The notes below the pieces were generated by a model, which was not told the DNA's origin, made no database searches, and worked only from the letters and a program-made list of their open reading frames with translations. Positions 19,180 through 27,474 of a stretch of 64,000 nt of DNA are shown here, one piece after another. Position 1 is the stretch's first letter; every line of letters begins with the position of its first letter. Origin of the DNA: Vicinamibacterales bacterium (GTDB lineage: Bacteria; Acidobacteriota; Vicinamibacteria; Vicinamibacterales; SCN-69-37). The position numbers were made by a program, and so were the translations under genes. The stretch spans positions 133,787 through 197,786 of the forward strand of contig DATNEY010000027.1 in assembly GCA_035606665.1 (NCBI GenBank). The letters are read 5' to 3'.

Positions 19180-20376
19180 CTACGGCGACCTAGGCCGTTC
19201 AGGCGCGCGGCCCACCACTTCACTTCGAACTTCCAACTTCGAACTTCGAACTTCCGCAAAGCACTTCCCCGCTTCTTCAAGTCCTTTGCGGAAGATGTCC
19301 GGCCGCTGACCCACACCGAGCCGCAGATGACGCTCGTATCCGAACGCGGATCCGGGCGCGAGCATGACGCTGTAGTCAATCGCGAGCTTGTCCGCGAGCG
19401 GAAGCGAATCCATCGGCAGGTCGTACTTGAGCAGCGCGAGCAAGCCACCTCGGGGAGGCGTCCAGGAGAGAAACGATTGCCGATCTCCTATCCACTTCCC
19501 CGCCTCGGCGATGTTGGCTGTGATGATCTCCGTGTTGCGCGCGACGATACGCTCGCGGTGGCGCATGCCGAGCTGCGCCAACGCGTCGTTGAGCTTGCCG
19601 GGACTGAGTGAAATGTAGTCGCGCAGGCTCCAGCACGCCTGAATCAGATCCGGCGGTCCCATGATCCACCCGATGCGGAGACCGGGCAGGCCGAACGGTT
19701 TCGACAAGGTACCAACACTGATGCCGCGCGGCCCAAGATCGAAGGACGGCTCCGCGAATGGCTCGCCGTCCGGCACCGCCAGCCAACGGTAGGCCTCGTC
19801 GCCAATCACCGTCGCGCCAACGGAGTCCGCAAGGTCGTAGACGCGCCGGGCATCCGCGGGTGAGAGCATCGCTCCCGTTGGATTGTGCGGCGTATTGACG
19901 ATGATGACTTTGGTTCTGGGCGTGACGAGACGCTCGAGCGCGTCCACGTCGTAGCGATAGGCGGTCTCAGGACCGACATGCCACAGCGAGACATCGCAAC
20001 CAATCGCCTTGGGGACGCTGTACAGCTGCTGGTACGCCGGATACGGCGCAATCATGTGATCGCCCGCGTCGAGCAACACATTGAACAGTAGGTAATTCGC
20101 TTCGATCGCCCCGGTCGTCACGAGGACATGGTCCGGATCGCCGCGCCGGTACGTCGCCGCCAGCATGCCCCGCAGTTCGGCCGTGCCGCGGGCCTCGCTG
20201 TACCCCAGTGGAAGCCGCAGCAGCTGCTTCAGTGTTTCGTCGCGCCGATCGGGCGGTTCGAACGCCAGCAGGTCGTCAGTGGATAGAGGAAGGATGCCGC
20301 TCTCGGCGATGTCGTAGCGGACGTTCGTCTCGTGACGAGTCATCCACCGCTCAAGAAGGAACGTTTCGATCTTCAT
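19180..20376 (-). CDS. Pyridoxal-phosphate-dependent aminotransferase (class I/II)
   Basis: Start placed at MKIETFLLERWM (ATG 20376). NPHNPTG-type block (VNTPHNPTG) and SKPFGLPGLRIGW (PLP lysine). The track ORF extends spuriously to 20775. Confidence 0.85.
   Translation of the reverse strand: MKIETFLLERWMTRHETNVRYDIAESGILPLSTDDLLAFEPPDRRDETLKQLLRLPLGYSEARGTAELRGMLAATYRRGDPDHVLVTTGAIEANYLLFNVLLDAGDHMIAPYPAYQQLYSVPKAIGCDVSLWHVGPETAYRYDVDALERLVTPRTKVIIVNTPHNPTGAMLSPADARRVYDLADSVGATVIGDEAYRWLAVPDGEPFAEPSFDLGPRGISVGTLSKPFGLPGLRIGWIMGPPDLIQACWSLRDYISLSPGKLNDALAQLGMRHRERIVARNTEIITANIAEAGKWIGDRQSFLSWTPPRGGLLALLKYDLPMDSLPLADKLAIDYSVMLAPGSAFGYERHLRLGVGQRPDIFRKGLEEAGKCFAEVRSSKLEVRSEVVGRAPERPRSP
19223..19257. 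repeat. Heptamer tandem repeat CTTCGAA x5 at the 3' end of the aminotransferase ORF
   Basis: CTTCGAA CTTCCAA CTTCGAA CTTCGAA CTTCCGC. It is followed by the 11-bp inverted repeat CTTCCGCAAAG...CTTTGCGGAAG. Confidence 0.6.
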
Positions 20377-20430
20377 TCGCAATGAAGTGTAACGGCAGGT
20401 GGCGGCCGGGTGCGAACGAGCGGGCAGCGA

Positions 20431-20514
20431 GTGAGGCGCCGGAGCGGCGCGGGGCAAATGGGGTCCCCGCAAGCGACGGCGCAAGGGGGTCCGGCGGGAC
20501 GAAGTCCCCCGGAC
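20431..20514. repeat. GC-rich repeat element, copy B (inverted relative to copy A at 981-1060)
   Basis: The reverse complement GTCCGGGGGACTTCGTCCCGCCGGACCCCCTTGCGCCGT... matches GCCGGGGGCCTTCGTCCCGCCGGACCCCCTCGCGCCGT... at 981 onward. Confidence 0.6.
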
Positions 20515-20966
20515 TAATTGAAGACGGCGAGCAGCTCGATGTCGAAGACGAGGGACGCGTTCGGTGGAATCGCGCCGCCGGCGCCGTTGCGGCCGTAGGC
20601 GAGCGACGCCGGAATGATCAGCCGCCGGATGCCCCCGACCTTCATGCCGACAATGCCCTGATCCCAGCCGGCGATGACCTGCGAAGCGCCCAGAAAGAAA
20701 ACGAAGGGACGGCCGGTCTGGCTCGCGTCGAACTGCTCGCCCTTCTTGTCCGCCTTGGACCCGTCGTAGAGCCACCCGGTGTAATTGACGCTGATGGTGG
20801 AGCCCGTCGAGGCCGCCGCACCGGTCCCGACGCGAACGTCGATCTTGGTGAATTCCACCGGAACGGATGGCTGGGAAGGGCTGGTGCAGGCGGCGCCCAG
20901 CAGGGCCGACGCAACCGCGAAGGCAGTGAGAACCGCCTTCGCGGCGCGGGGAAATCGTTGAAGCAT
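20514..20966 (-). CDS. FKBP-type peptidyl-prolyl isomerase, probable lipoprotein
   Basis: Start placed at MLQRFPRAAKAVLTAFAVASALLGAAC (lipobox). FKBP core VNYTGWLYDGS...FDAS...VIAGWDQGIVGMKVGGIRRLIIPASLAYG. Confidence 0.85.
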   Translation of the reverse strand: MLQRFPRAAKAVLTAFAVASALLGAACTSPSQPSVPVEFTKIDVRVGTGAAASTGSTISVNYTGWLYDGSKADKKGEQFDASQTGRPFVFFLGASQVIAGWDQGIVGMKVGGIRRLIIPASLAYGRNGAGGAIPPNASLVFDIELLAVFN

Positions 20967-20970
20967 GCGG

Positions 20971-21492
20971 TTACTGAATCGGGGCGGCCGGCGCGCCGAA
21001 GGGCTGCGTCGGAGCGGTCGCCGCCGCCAGGTACCAGATTGAGCTCGAAGCATCCGTCGCGAATGACCGTGTGCCCGTCGTCCCAAACGTCATCGGCACG
21101 GCGGTGGCGTAGAAGGACGTGATGCTGGCCGTGCCGTTGCAGTCCGTCGGTCCAGGGTTCGATCCGTTGCCGGCGACCATCGCGAAGTCATAGCCGGTCT
21201 TCTTCGGCGTGGCGCTCAAGCCCAGATCCGGAGAGATGAAGCCCTGGCCAACACCCCCGGGAGGCGCGTAGAGCTGCGGCAGACTCGATGCGTAGCCGCC
21301 GTTGCCGCAGGCCGTCGAATAGGAAACCTGCGACGTGGCGATGGCCTTGAGCGAGCCTATTGCCGACGTCTCGTTGCCCGTCATCCTCGAACGCAACAGG
21401 CCCGGCACGGCAATGGCGGCGATGATGCTGATAATCGCCACAACAATAAGGAGTTCGATGAGTGTGAATCCGCGATCTGAGGTTCTGATCAT
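20971..21492 (-). CDS. Prepilin-type N-terminal cleavage/methylation domain protein (type IV pilin or pseudopilin)
   Basis: Start placed at MIRTSDRGFTLIELLIVVAIISIIAAIAVP (G/FTLIEL class III signal). Confidence 0.8.
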   Translation of the reverse strand: MIRTSDRGFTLIELLIVVAIISIIAAIAVPGLLRSRMTGNETSAIGSLKAIATSQVSYSTACGNGGYASSLPQLYAPPGGVGQGFISPDLGLSATPKKTGYDFAMVAGNGSNPGPTDCNGTASITSFYATAVPMTFGTTGTRSFATDASSSIWYLAAATAPTQPFGAPAAPIQ

Positions 21493-21593
21493 AGGTGACG
21501 TCCCCTTCAAGACTACCTCAGCTTTGGACTGCCGGACGGGCGAATTGGTTGCGCCGCGGGACCCGATTGGCGTCAACGGCCGTATTGGAGAGT

Positions 21594-21785
21594 ATGACTA
21601 AGTTCTTCCTCTGGGTGCTCTTACTGGTCATCTGCTGGCCGGTGGCCCTGTTAGCGCTGGTCCTGTATCCCATCGTCTGGGTGATCCTCCTGCCCTTCCG
21701 CCTTATTGGCATTGCCGTTGAGGGGGTCTTCGCCTTTCTCAGGGCCGTTCTTTTCCTGCCCTCAAGGGTCCTCGGCGGCAGGTAG
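21594..21785 (+). CDS. Small hydrophobic membrane protein (63 aa)
   Basis: MTKFFLWVLLLVICWPVALLALVLYPIVWVILLPFRLIGIAVEGVFAFL gives two predicted TM helices. The internal ATG was chosen. Confidence 0.4.
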   Translation: MTKFFLWVLLLVICWPVALLALVLYPIVWVILLPFRLIGIAVEGVFAFLRAVLFLPSRVLGGR

Positions 21786-23204
21786 AGCGGGCGTCGTGCC
21801 GGGCTCCGGCATCCTGAGCACGTCCCGGCGAAAGTCGGTCCGGAAGGCGTCGATCTCACGGATGAGCCGCGCGCGCGTGCGCACGAGATTCCGGCGCGTG
21901 AGCGGCAGGCGCATCAGGATCCCCATCGCTCTGACGCGGCCGGCGTAACGCCGCAGGAACCTGGCATAGTGGTGCGCGAAGACTCCAGTGACCGGCAGCG
22001 ACGACAGATAGAGCCCAGCAAGCAGCCCGCCCGCGAAGTACCACATCAGTCCCGCCGCGAGCGCGTACAGCACGCCGAATCCAATGAAGCCGGCGATGAT
22101 CGACGCGTGCGCCACCTGTGCGCGCTTGTTCTCAGGCGGTGAGAACCTGTCCACGGCCCATTCGATCAGCCACACCGGTGCGATGCGGTGTACCCAGCCA
22201 TAAAGCGCGAAAGGCGACCCGGCCACGAGTCCGATCGTCGCGATGAGACCCGGTGTGCGGACAGCACCACCCTCCCCGGCAAGTTCCTCGACGCTGTCGT
22301 CGGACAGTCCCACCAGCCCGAGTCGTTTCTCGTAGCGGATGAGATCGTTCACGAACGTTGCGAGTCTGTCCGGTGCCTCCGACTCGAAGTGCACCAGCGC
22401 CTGTGCGATCGCCTGGCTCAGGACGAGCTCCTCCGCGCGCGGGGGCACGGGCTCTCTGACGAGCCGGTTGCCTGCGCGTAGACGGTCCAGATAAAGACGC
22501 TTCACGGACGCCACGATCCGCTGATGATCGAGGGTCGGGAGGCTGACGATGAGCTCACGAATCCGCTGCTCAATTTCGGCGGACAGGCTCCGGACGGCTG
22601 CGTGACGGTCGCGGCCGTACTCTGCGAGGCTCTCGCCGACGCCGAACGGCTCGCCGAAGTTGACGAGCACGTCGGCGCGGTAGCGGCCCTTCGCGGCATA
22701 CGAGATCCCGACGGGCTGGATCCGCAGGCCGAGGGCGCCACGGTGGCGATCCTCGATCTCCAGCGCCATTCGAGCCGCACCGGTCTTCACCGGCCGGAGT
22801 TGCTCGTCGTTGTAGCTCACGCCTTCGGGAAAGATCCCAATCGCCCCGCCGGTCTCGAGCACTCCGAAGCAGTGCTCGAACGTGTCCGCCACGGTCTTCA
22901 TCGCCGCGGGGTCGTCCTGCCGGCGGTTGATGGGGACAATACCGCAGCGCCTCAGAATCGCGGCGACGAGCCTCACTTTGAACAGCTTCACGGTCGCGAC
23001 AAAGTGGACCGCGCGTGGCACGACCGAACCGATCAGGAACGCGTCGGTCACCGAGCCGGGATGATTCGACACAACCAGGAGCGCTCCGGTCCGGGGCACG
23101 CGCTCGTCATGAAACGACTCGATTCGCCGGAAGTAGACCGTGAGCCCCGCGCGCACAAACCCGCCGACGAGTGCGCGCACCCACCCGGGCTGGACGCCCG
23201 CCAT
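21762..23204 (-). CDS. Lysophospholipid/glycerol-3-phosphate acyltransferase family protein (PlsC-like) with C-terminal membrane domain
   Basis: VSNHPGSVTDAF (HxxxxD), GIFPEGVS (motif III-like). Hydrophobic C-terminal third. Confidence 0.75.
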   Translation of the reverse strand: MAGVQPGWVRALVGGFVRAGLTVYFRRIESFHDERVPRTGALLVVSNHPGSVTDAFLIGSVVPRAVHFVATVKLFKVRLVAAILRRCGIVPINRRQDDPAAMKTVADTFEHCFGVLETGGAIGIFPEGVSYNDEQLRPVKTGAARMALEIEDRHRGALGLRIQPVGISYAAKGRYRADVLVNFGEPFGVGESLAEYGRDRHAAVRSLSAEIEQRIRELIVSLPTLDHQRIVASVKRLYLDRLRAGNRLVREPVPPRAEELVLSQAIAQALVHFESEAPDRLATFVNDLIRYEKRLGLVGLSDDSVEELAGEGGAVRTPGLIATIGLVAGSPFALYGWVHRIAPVWLIEWAVDRFSPPENKRAQVAHASIIAGFIGFGVLYALAAGLMWYFAGGLLAGLYLSSLPVTGVFAHHYARFLRRYAGRVRAMGILMRLPLTRRNLVRTRARLIREIDAFRTDFRRDVLRMPEPGTTPALPAAEDP

Positions 23205-23876
23205 CTAGTCGCCTCCGGCGCCCTTGAATTGATCGTCTTCGTCCGCGAAAAGAACGTTGAACGTCGTGAGAGTGCCGTAGCAGCCGCTGATGTACGACTG
23301 CAGTCTGACCTTCGCGTCGTCTGGAAGATCCGACGCGTTGACCTGCTGTTCGAGGGTACGAAGGCGATTCCGAAGCATCACGATCTTGTGGAAGAACGTT
23401 TCGATCGGAACCGACTTCTCCTGCAGATTCGGTGAGCCCGGCTTCAGGACCAGCGTCCCGCCCCGCCACTTCTCAGCCGGGACGACGGAGGTCACGCCGG
23501 CCTCTTCGCGAATGATGCGGCGCAGCAACGACTCGAGATCGGTGGACGAATTCTCGGGCAGCATGACGGGTGCGCTGGTCCTTTCTCGATCGCTCACGAG
23601 GGGAAACGCGTCTCCCGCGTCCCTGCGTGGCGCTGAGGGACGCGGTGCTGATACTGGTGCGGTGCGCGCCGGCGACCCAGCCGGCGCCGGTGAACCATCG
23701 GTGTCGGTCCTGGGACCTCCGCGATAGTTGTGTTCGCTGCGGCAGTAGCCACAGGTCACACGCAGCGGCCGGCCCGCCGCGTCCGCGGCGATCACCGTGT
23801 GCATGCGATCCACCTTGCAGGCGCGGCAATAGTCCTCGATTGCCGAGCCCGCCCGGGCAGTCCTGATCACTGACAC
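23205..23876 (-). CDS. Hypothetical protein with N-terminal zinc-ribbon (CxxC...CxxC)
   Basis: YCRACK...CGYCRSEH. Its stop directly abuts the acyltransferase start. The GTG start at 23876 is preferred; the track ORF extends to 23960. Confidence 0.5.
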   Translation of the reverse strand: MSVIRTARAGSAIEDYCRACKVDRMHTVIAADAAGRPLRVTCGYCRSEHNYRGGPRTDTDGSPAPAGSPARTAPVSAPRPSAPRRDAGDAFPLVSDRERTSAPVMLPENSSTDLESLLRRIIREEAGVTSVVPAEKWRGGTLVLKPGSPNLQEKSVPIETFFHKIVMLRNRLRTLEQQVNASDLPDDAKVRLQSYISGCYGTLTTFNVLFADEDDQFKGAGGD

Positions 23877-23922
23877 GAGTGGAAGTATTTCACGATGCGC
23901 CGACGCCGTCTGGAGCCGAAGA

Positions 23923-24120
23923 TCAGTCCGCCGCTGCCGGCGGGTGCCGGCGCGCCCCACCCATTCCCAGCCAGACCAGGCCGATTGAGACGGGACCGAT
24001 GAGCAGTTCAGCGTCCGACATGGTTGACCCCGTCGCCACGAGCTTGATCAGGAGGAAGCCCCCCGCGGTAATGAGCAGCGTCTGGCAAAGAAGAATGGGC
24101 AACTGATGCCGGCGTCTCAT
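23923..24120 (-). CDS. Possible small membrane protein (65 aa)
   Basis: MRRRHQLPILLCQTLLITAGGFLLIKLVATG...LLIGPVSIGLVWLGMGG gives two hydrophobic segments. Support is weak. Confidence 0.25.
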   Translation of the reverse strand: MRRRHQLPILLCQTLLITAGGFLLIKLVATGSTMSDAELLIGPVSIGLVWLGMGGARRHPPAAAD

Positions 24121-24277
24121 GGGAATCTGCGCGGCACTCAAGCAACACTTGTGCCTATGCTGTGAGTACTCCTGTCGAGTAACGGCCCGGCAGCAGGCGA
24201 ACACGAGCGGACGCACCCAGTGAAACTCTGCTTCGTCGCCAGGTAATTCCGGGACAAGGATAACGGCCGTCGACAAA

Positions 24278-25378
24278 TCACGGCGCCGACGGTTCCGGCC
24301 GAGACTGAACGCGCGTGAATCGCTGTTTGAGGCGCAAGAATGGGAACTCGAGCCACCGATAACTCAGCGCGGCGATAGCCATCGTCATTGCCAGGGCGAC
24401 GAAAGGCCTGAGCCAGCCATATGGGAAGCCCCTGCCCACCGCGATGCGGCTGAGATCCAACGCAAGGCGATGGAAGACGTAAAGTCCGTAAGAAATGCGG
24501 CCCAGATACTGAAGCGCCGGCAGCCGCAGCATGGGTAATGCCGCACCGCCGCCAAGCGTTGCCAGGATCAGGCCGAGACTCGTCAACGCGACCAGCGGGT
24601 AGGTGACGAGCGACGTCCACCCATCGAGACCGAAGACAAGGGCAACGACAATCAGCGCGACGGGTGCGAGCCCGAGAAGTCCCAGCCGAGTGGATCGTGA
24701 GAGCTGCGGAGACTCACCGCGCAGCGTCAGTGCGATGAGGGCGCCAATGGCGATGGGATCGAGACGTGCCAGGGTGTCAGTCCAGACAGCCGGATGGCGG
24801 ACATTGAGGGCCGCCAGCGCCAGTCGCGTCAACGTTGCCGTCACGAGTAGCCCGACCGCCACAGTCTTCAAACGCCTTTCGTCGAGACGGGACACGACCA
24901 GGGGCCAGACCAGATAGAACTGCTCTTCAATGGAGACGCTCCAGAGCGGCGTCACCCAGGACGAGGGATACCCCCAGGCCGCGACGGACCAGTTGCCCGC
25001 CAGGAGCGCGAACGCGCCCGCATACTTCGCCGGCAGTCCCGGCGATGGAATGAACACCGCGACGACCAGCGCCCCATAGTAGAGCGGCCAGATCCGCAGG
25101 ATGCGCCGCAGGTAGAACGCGCGCACGTCAATCTGCCGGAGTTTCTCTTTCTCGCGCAGCAGGAGTTCGGTAATCAAGTATGCGGAGAGGCAAAAGAACA
25201 GGTCGACACCGAACGCCCCGGCTCTGACGGCGGCAAGCCCCCACGGCGCCAGCCATCCTAGCGACGCGAAGGCAGAGAGTCGGTCCGGAATCGCGTGATG
25301 GACGAAGACCAAAAGAAATGCAAAGAACCGGAGCGAGTCGAGCTCCGGGTGATGAAAAGCTGCCACGCGCCGTGACAC
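24278..25378 (-). CDS. Acyltransferase family 3 (OafA-like) membrane protein
   Basis: LDSLRFFAFLLVFVHH start, and about 10 TM segments. Confidence 0.85.
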   Translation of the reverse strand: MSRRVAAFHHPELDSLRFFAFLLVFVHHAIPDRLSAFASLGWLAPWGLAAVRAGAFGVDLFFCLSAYLITELLLREKEKLRQIDVRAFYLRRILRIWPLYYGALVVAVFIPSPGLPAKYAGAFALLAGNWSVAAWGYPSSWVTPLWSVSIEEQFYLVWPLVVSRLDERRLKTVAVGLLVTATLTRLALAALNVRHPAVWTDTLARLDPIAIGALIALTLRGESPQLSRSTRLGLLGLAPVALIVVALVFGLDGWTSLVTYPLVALTSLGLILATLGGGAALPMLRLPALQYLGRISYGLYVFHRLALDLSRIAVGRGFPYGWLRPFVALAMTMAIAALSYRWLEFPFLRLKQRFTRVQSRPEPSAP

Positions 25379-25428
25379 GGTGCCGAACAGCCTAGTCGGA
25401 TGTCAGCAGGGTGTCCATGTCGGGCCCC

Positions 25429-26310
25429 TTACCGGCGCTTCGAGAACAGCGCATCGATCACCGCCCCAATCCCGGCTCCGATCAGCGCAGACGCGGGAAT
25501 CGTGCGCGGCTCGTCGTAGGTAGCGAGATACAGGCCGAAACCGCCGCCCGCCGCCGCGCCGATGATCAATCCGTTCAGGATCGTGTCACGCGCGGTCTTT
25601 AACTGCGATCCCCGCCGTTCGCGATCGGGGATGATCGCCGCGCGCAGACCGACGGTCACCGCCGCTTCTTCGCCGGCGTTACTGCCGCCGATGCGTCCGT
25701 GCACGAACGCATCGAGCCGAGGTGCGACACGGGCGCTGACCTCTCCAACCACAATGAGTGTGGAACCCCTGTTGGTGGACACGAACACTTCGTTCGGAGT
25801 TGCGCAATACGGAAGATAGCGACCTGCGCAGCCGCTGTGCGTGCGAGTCGACTCCCGGAAGGCGTCAAACTTTCCGATGCCGCCTCCGGCGAGGTAGGTG
25901 AAGCGGCCCTCCTGGGCTTTCGCGAGCACTGTCACGCTGCGCATGCCAAGCCGAAACCGATCGTCGTACGCGTGGCGGCCGTAGACACCGGTTTGTCCAT
26001 TGAGCATCGACGGCGTGTAGTCCTCCACCACATCGAAAGTCCGAGCCGTGATTGGCTGCATCCAATCCACGTCAACCACGAGCCAGCGCGTGAGCTCCAC
26101 TCGCATCGACGCCGTCAGCGGCATCGTCCACGGCGTGCCTTCGGTACCGACCGATGCCGCCCCGGCACCGACCGCGATGCCGGGAATTCGATCGGACGAT
26201 GGCCGCGGTCCCGTGTTCTGCGGCGTTTCGGCCGCCGCGAGAACTGGCGCTGCCAGAGCGGCACTGGCAAGAATGGCGCGGGCGATCGATGCAGGCAGGT
26301 AGCGTCTCAT
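25429..26310 (-). CDS. Secreted hypothetical protein with C-terminal glycine-zipper segment
   Basis: Signal peptide. C-terminal GLIIGAAAGGGFGLY...LIGAGIGAVIDALF. Confidence 0.5.
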   Translation of the reverse strand: MRRYLPASIARAILASAALAAPVLAAAETPQNTGPRPSSDRIPGIAVGAGAASVGTEGTPWTMPLTASMRVELTRWLVVDVDWMQPITARTFDVVEDYTPSMLNGQTGVYGRHAYDDRFRLGMRSVTVLAKAQEGRFTYLAGGGIGKFDAFRESTRTHSGCAGRYLPYCATPNEVFVSTNRGSTLIVVGEVSARVAPRLDAFVHGRIGGSNAGEEAAVTVGLRAAIIPDRERRGSQLKTARDTILNGLIIGAAAGGGFGLYLATYDEPRTIPASALIGAGIGAVIDALFSKRR

Positions 26311-26400
26311 TCGTGGCTCCTGCCGGGGTAATGCGTCTGAAAGGGTGTCAGGGGCTCAGTCAGGCTGTATCATTTGCACCGCCAGCGCGTCGGAGGTCCT

Positions 26401-27042
26401 ATGCCGCATAGACCCAAGTCGACGTGTCTCGTCCTTCTGGTCGCGATCGCTCTTGCCGCCCCGCTCCGGGCACAGAACCGGGCCAACTTTGCTGGAAAGT
26501 GGGTTCTGGTTCTTGAGAAGAGCACGCCAGCGATTCCCGAGCGCCACCAGCGGGAAATCACGATTACGCAGGAAGCGCAGTCGATCACGATGACGCAGAT
26601 CGCGTACACCGTCAGCGGAGTCTTCAGCCCGGGTTCGCGTGGCGGTGTCACGAACACCCCGCCTCGCGAAGAGTTTCAGTACTCAATTACCTATGAGTTC
26701 GACGGCGCCGATCACCCGACCCCAAAGGTGGAGGCGCCGAATCCACGACCCACGCCCTCCATGCCACCCACCGCAATAATTCAGGTGAGTCAGCGCCTCG
26801 ATTCGATCTATCGCGCAACCTGGACGCGCGACCAGCTCGTCATCATGACGCGCGAATCCACGACGACGGCCACGCCCTCTTCCGAGACTCACGCGCCTCG
26901 CGCGGTTTCGCGGAAGGCGTTGTCACTCGATCCCGATGGCCTGCTGGTCATCGACAGCATCAGGGTCGCGGACCCGACGCCCAATGGTCCAACGCAACCC
27001 GCACCCATGCCGGTGCATAGCGTGTATCGAAAGGCGTCGTGA
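26401..27042 (+). CDS. Secreted hypothetical protein
   Basis: MPHRPKSTCLVLLVAIALAAPLRAQ signal peptide. No recognised domain. Confidence 0.5.
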   Translation: MPHRPKSTCLVLLVAIALAAPLRAQNRANFAGKWVLVLEKSTPAIPERHQREITITQEAQSITMTQIAYTVSGVFSPGSRGGVTNTPPREEFQYSITYEFDGADHPTPKVEAPNPRPTPSMPPTAIIQVSQRLDSIYRATWTRDQLVIMTRESTTTATPSSETHAPRAVSRKALSLDPDGLLVIDSIRVADPTPNGPTQPAPMPVHSVYRKAS

Positions 27043-27178
27043 TGACAGCAGCGCGAGCGACCGGTCAGGTCGCGAGCCTCGCGACCGAAGCGAGACTTGG
27101 CTAAGAGCCTTTCATTGGAGCCGAGTCGAGCGAGAGAGCGAGTAGGGGGTCTGGGGGCAAAGCCCCCAGATCAGGAAA

Positions 27179-27358
27179 CGTCCCCGGCGGGATTGGCAGA
27201 CTTGCCAGAGGGGCGCCGCAACAGCGTAGAAGTATTGGCGTCCCCGAAGGGACTGAAAGACTTCTCGACGGCGAAGCGGTCCGGCGTAGAAGTGATGGCG
27301 TCCCCACGCGGAGTCGAAGACTTGTACACGTTGGTCGGGTCGGCGGTCATGGCTGCCT
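27179..27358. repeat. Three tandem ~60-nt units, each starting with a copy of the tRNA-Glu 3' end (CGTCCCC...)
   Basis: The units begin at 27179, 27239 and 27299. Unit 1 shares CGTCCCCGGCGGGA with the tRNA gene. Units 2 and 3 are preceded by (T/G)ATGG, matching TGGCGTCCCC, the antisense of GGGGACGCCA. Confidence 0.7.
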
Positions 27359-27474
27359 AGCGCACACGCCCATCCAGGTCGCTATTAGGCCCTCTTGCCT
27401 CGCGTTCTGTGCGGCTCTCGGTGTTGGCGCATATCTCCGACGCTTACACAGCGGGCTGATAGACAATATCCGGC

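Noticed and set aside
19180-20775. N-terminal 133-aa extension of the aminotransferase ORF, and the similar extensions of ORFs 37109..38173, 20514..21086, 20971..21576, 7491..7916 and 53007..54440
   Set aside because: The extensions are Arg-rich, overlap neighbouring genes or repeats, and precede internal ATG codons. Those internal codons yield canonical N-termini (a signal peptide, a Tat signal, a prepilin leader, or a conserved first motif).
27097-27360. 87-aa plus ORF with a 20-aa internal periodicity
   Set aside because: The periodicity comes from the three tandem 60-nt tRNA-3'-like DNA units. I interpret it as an att-site relic, not a protein gene.
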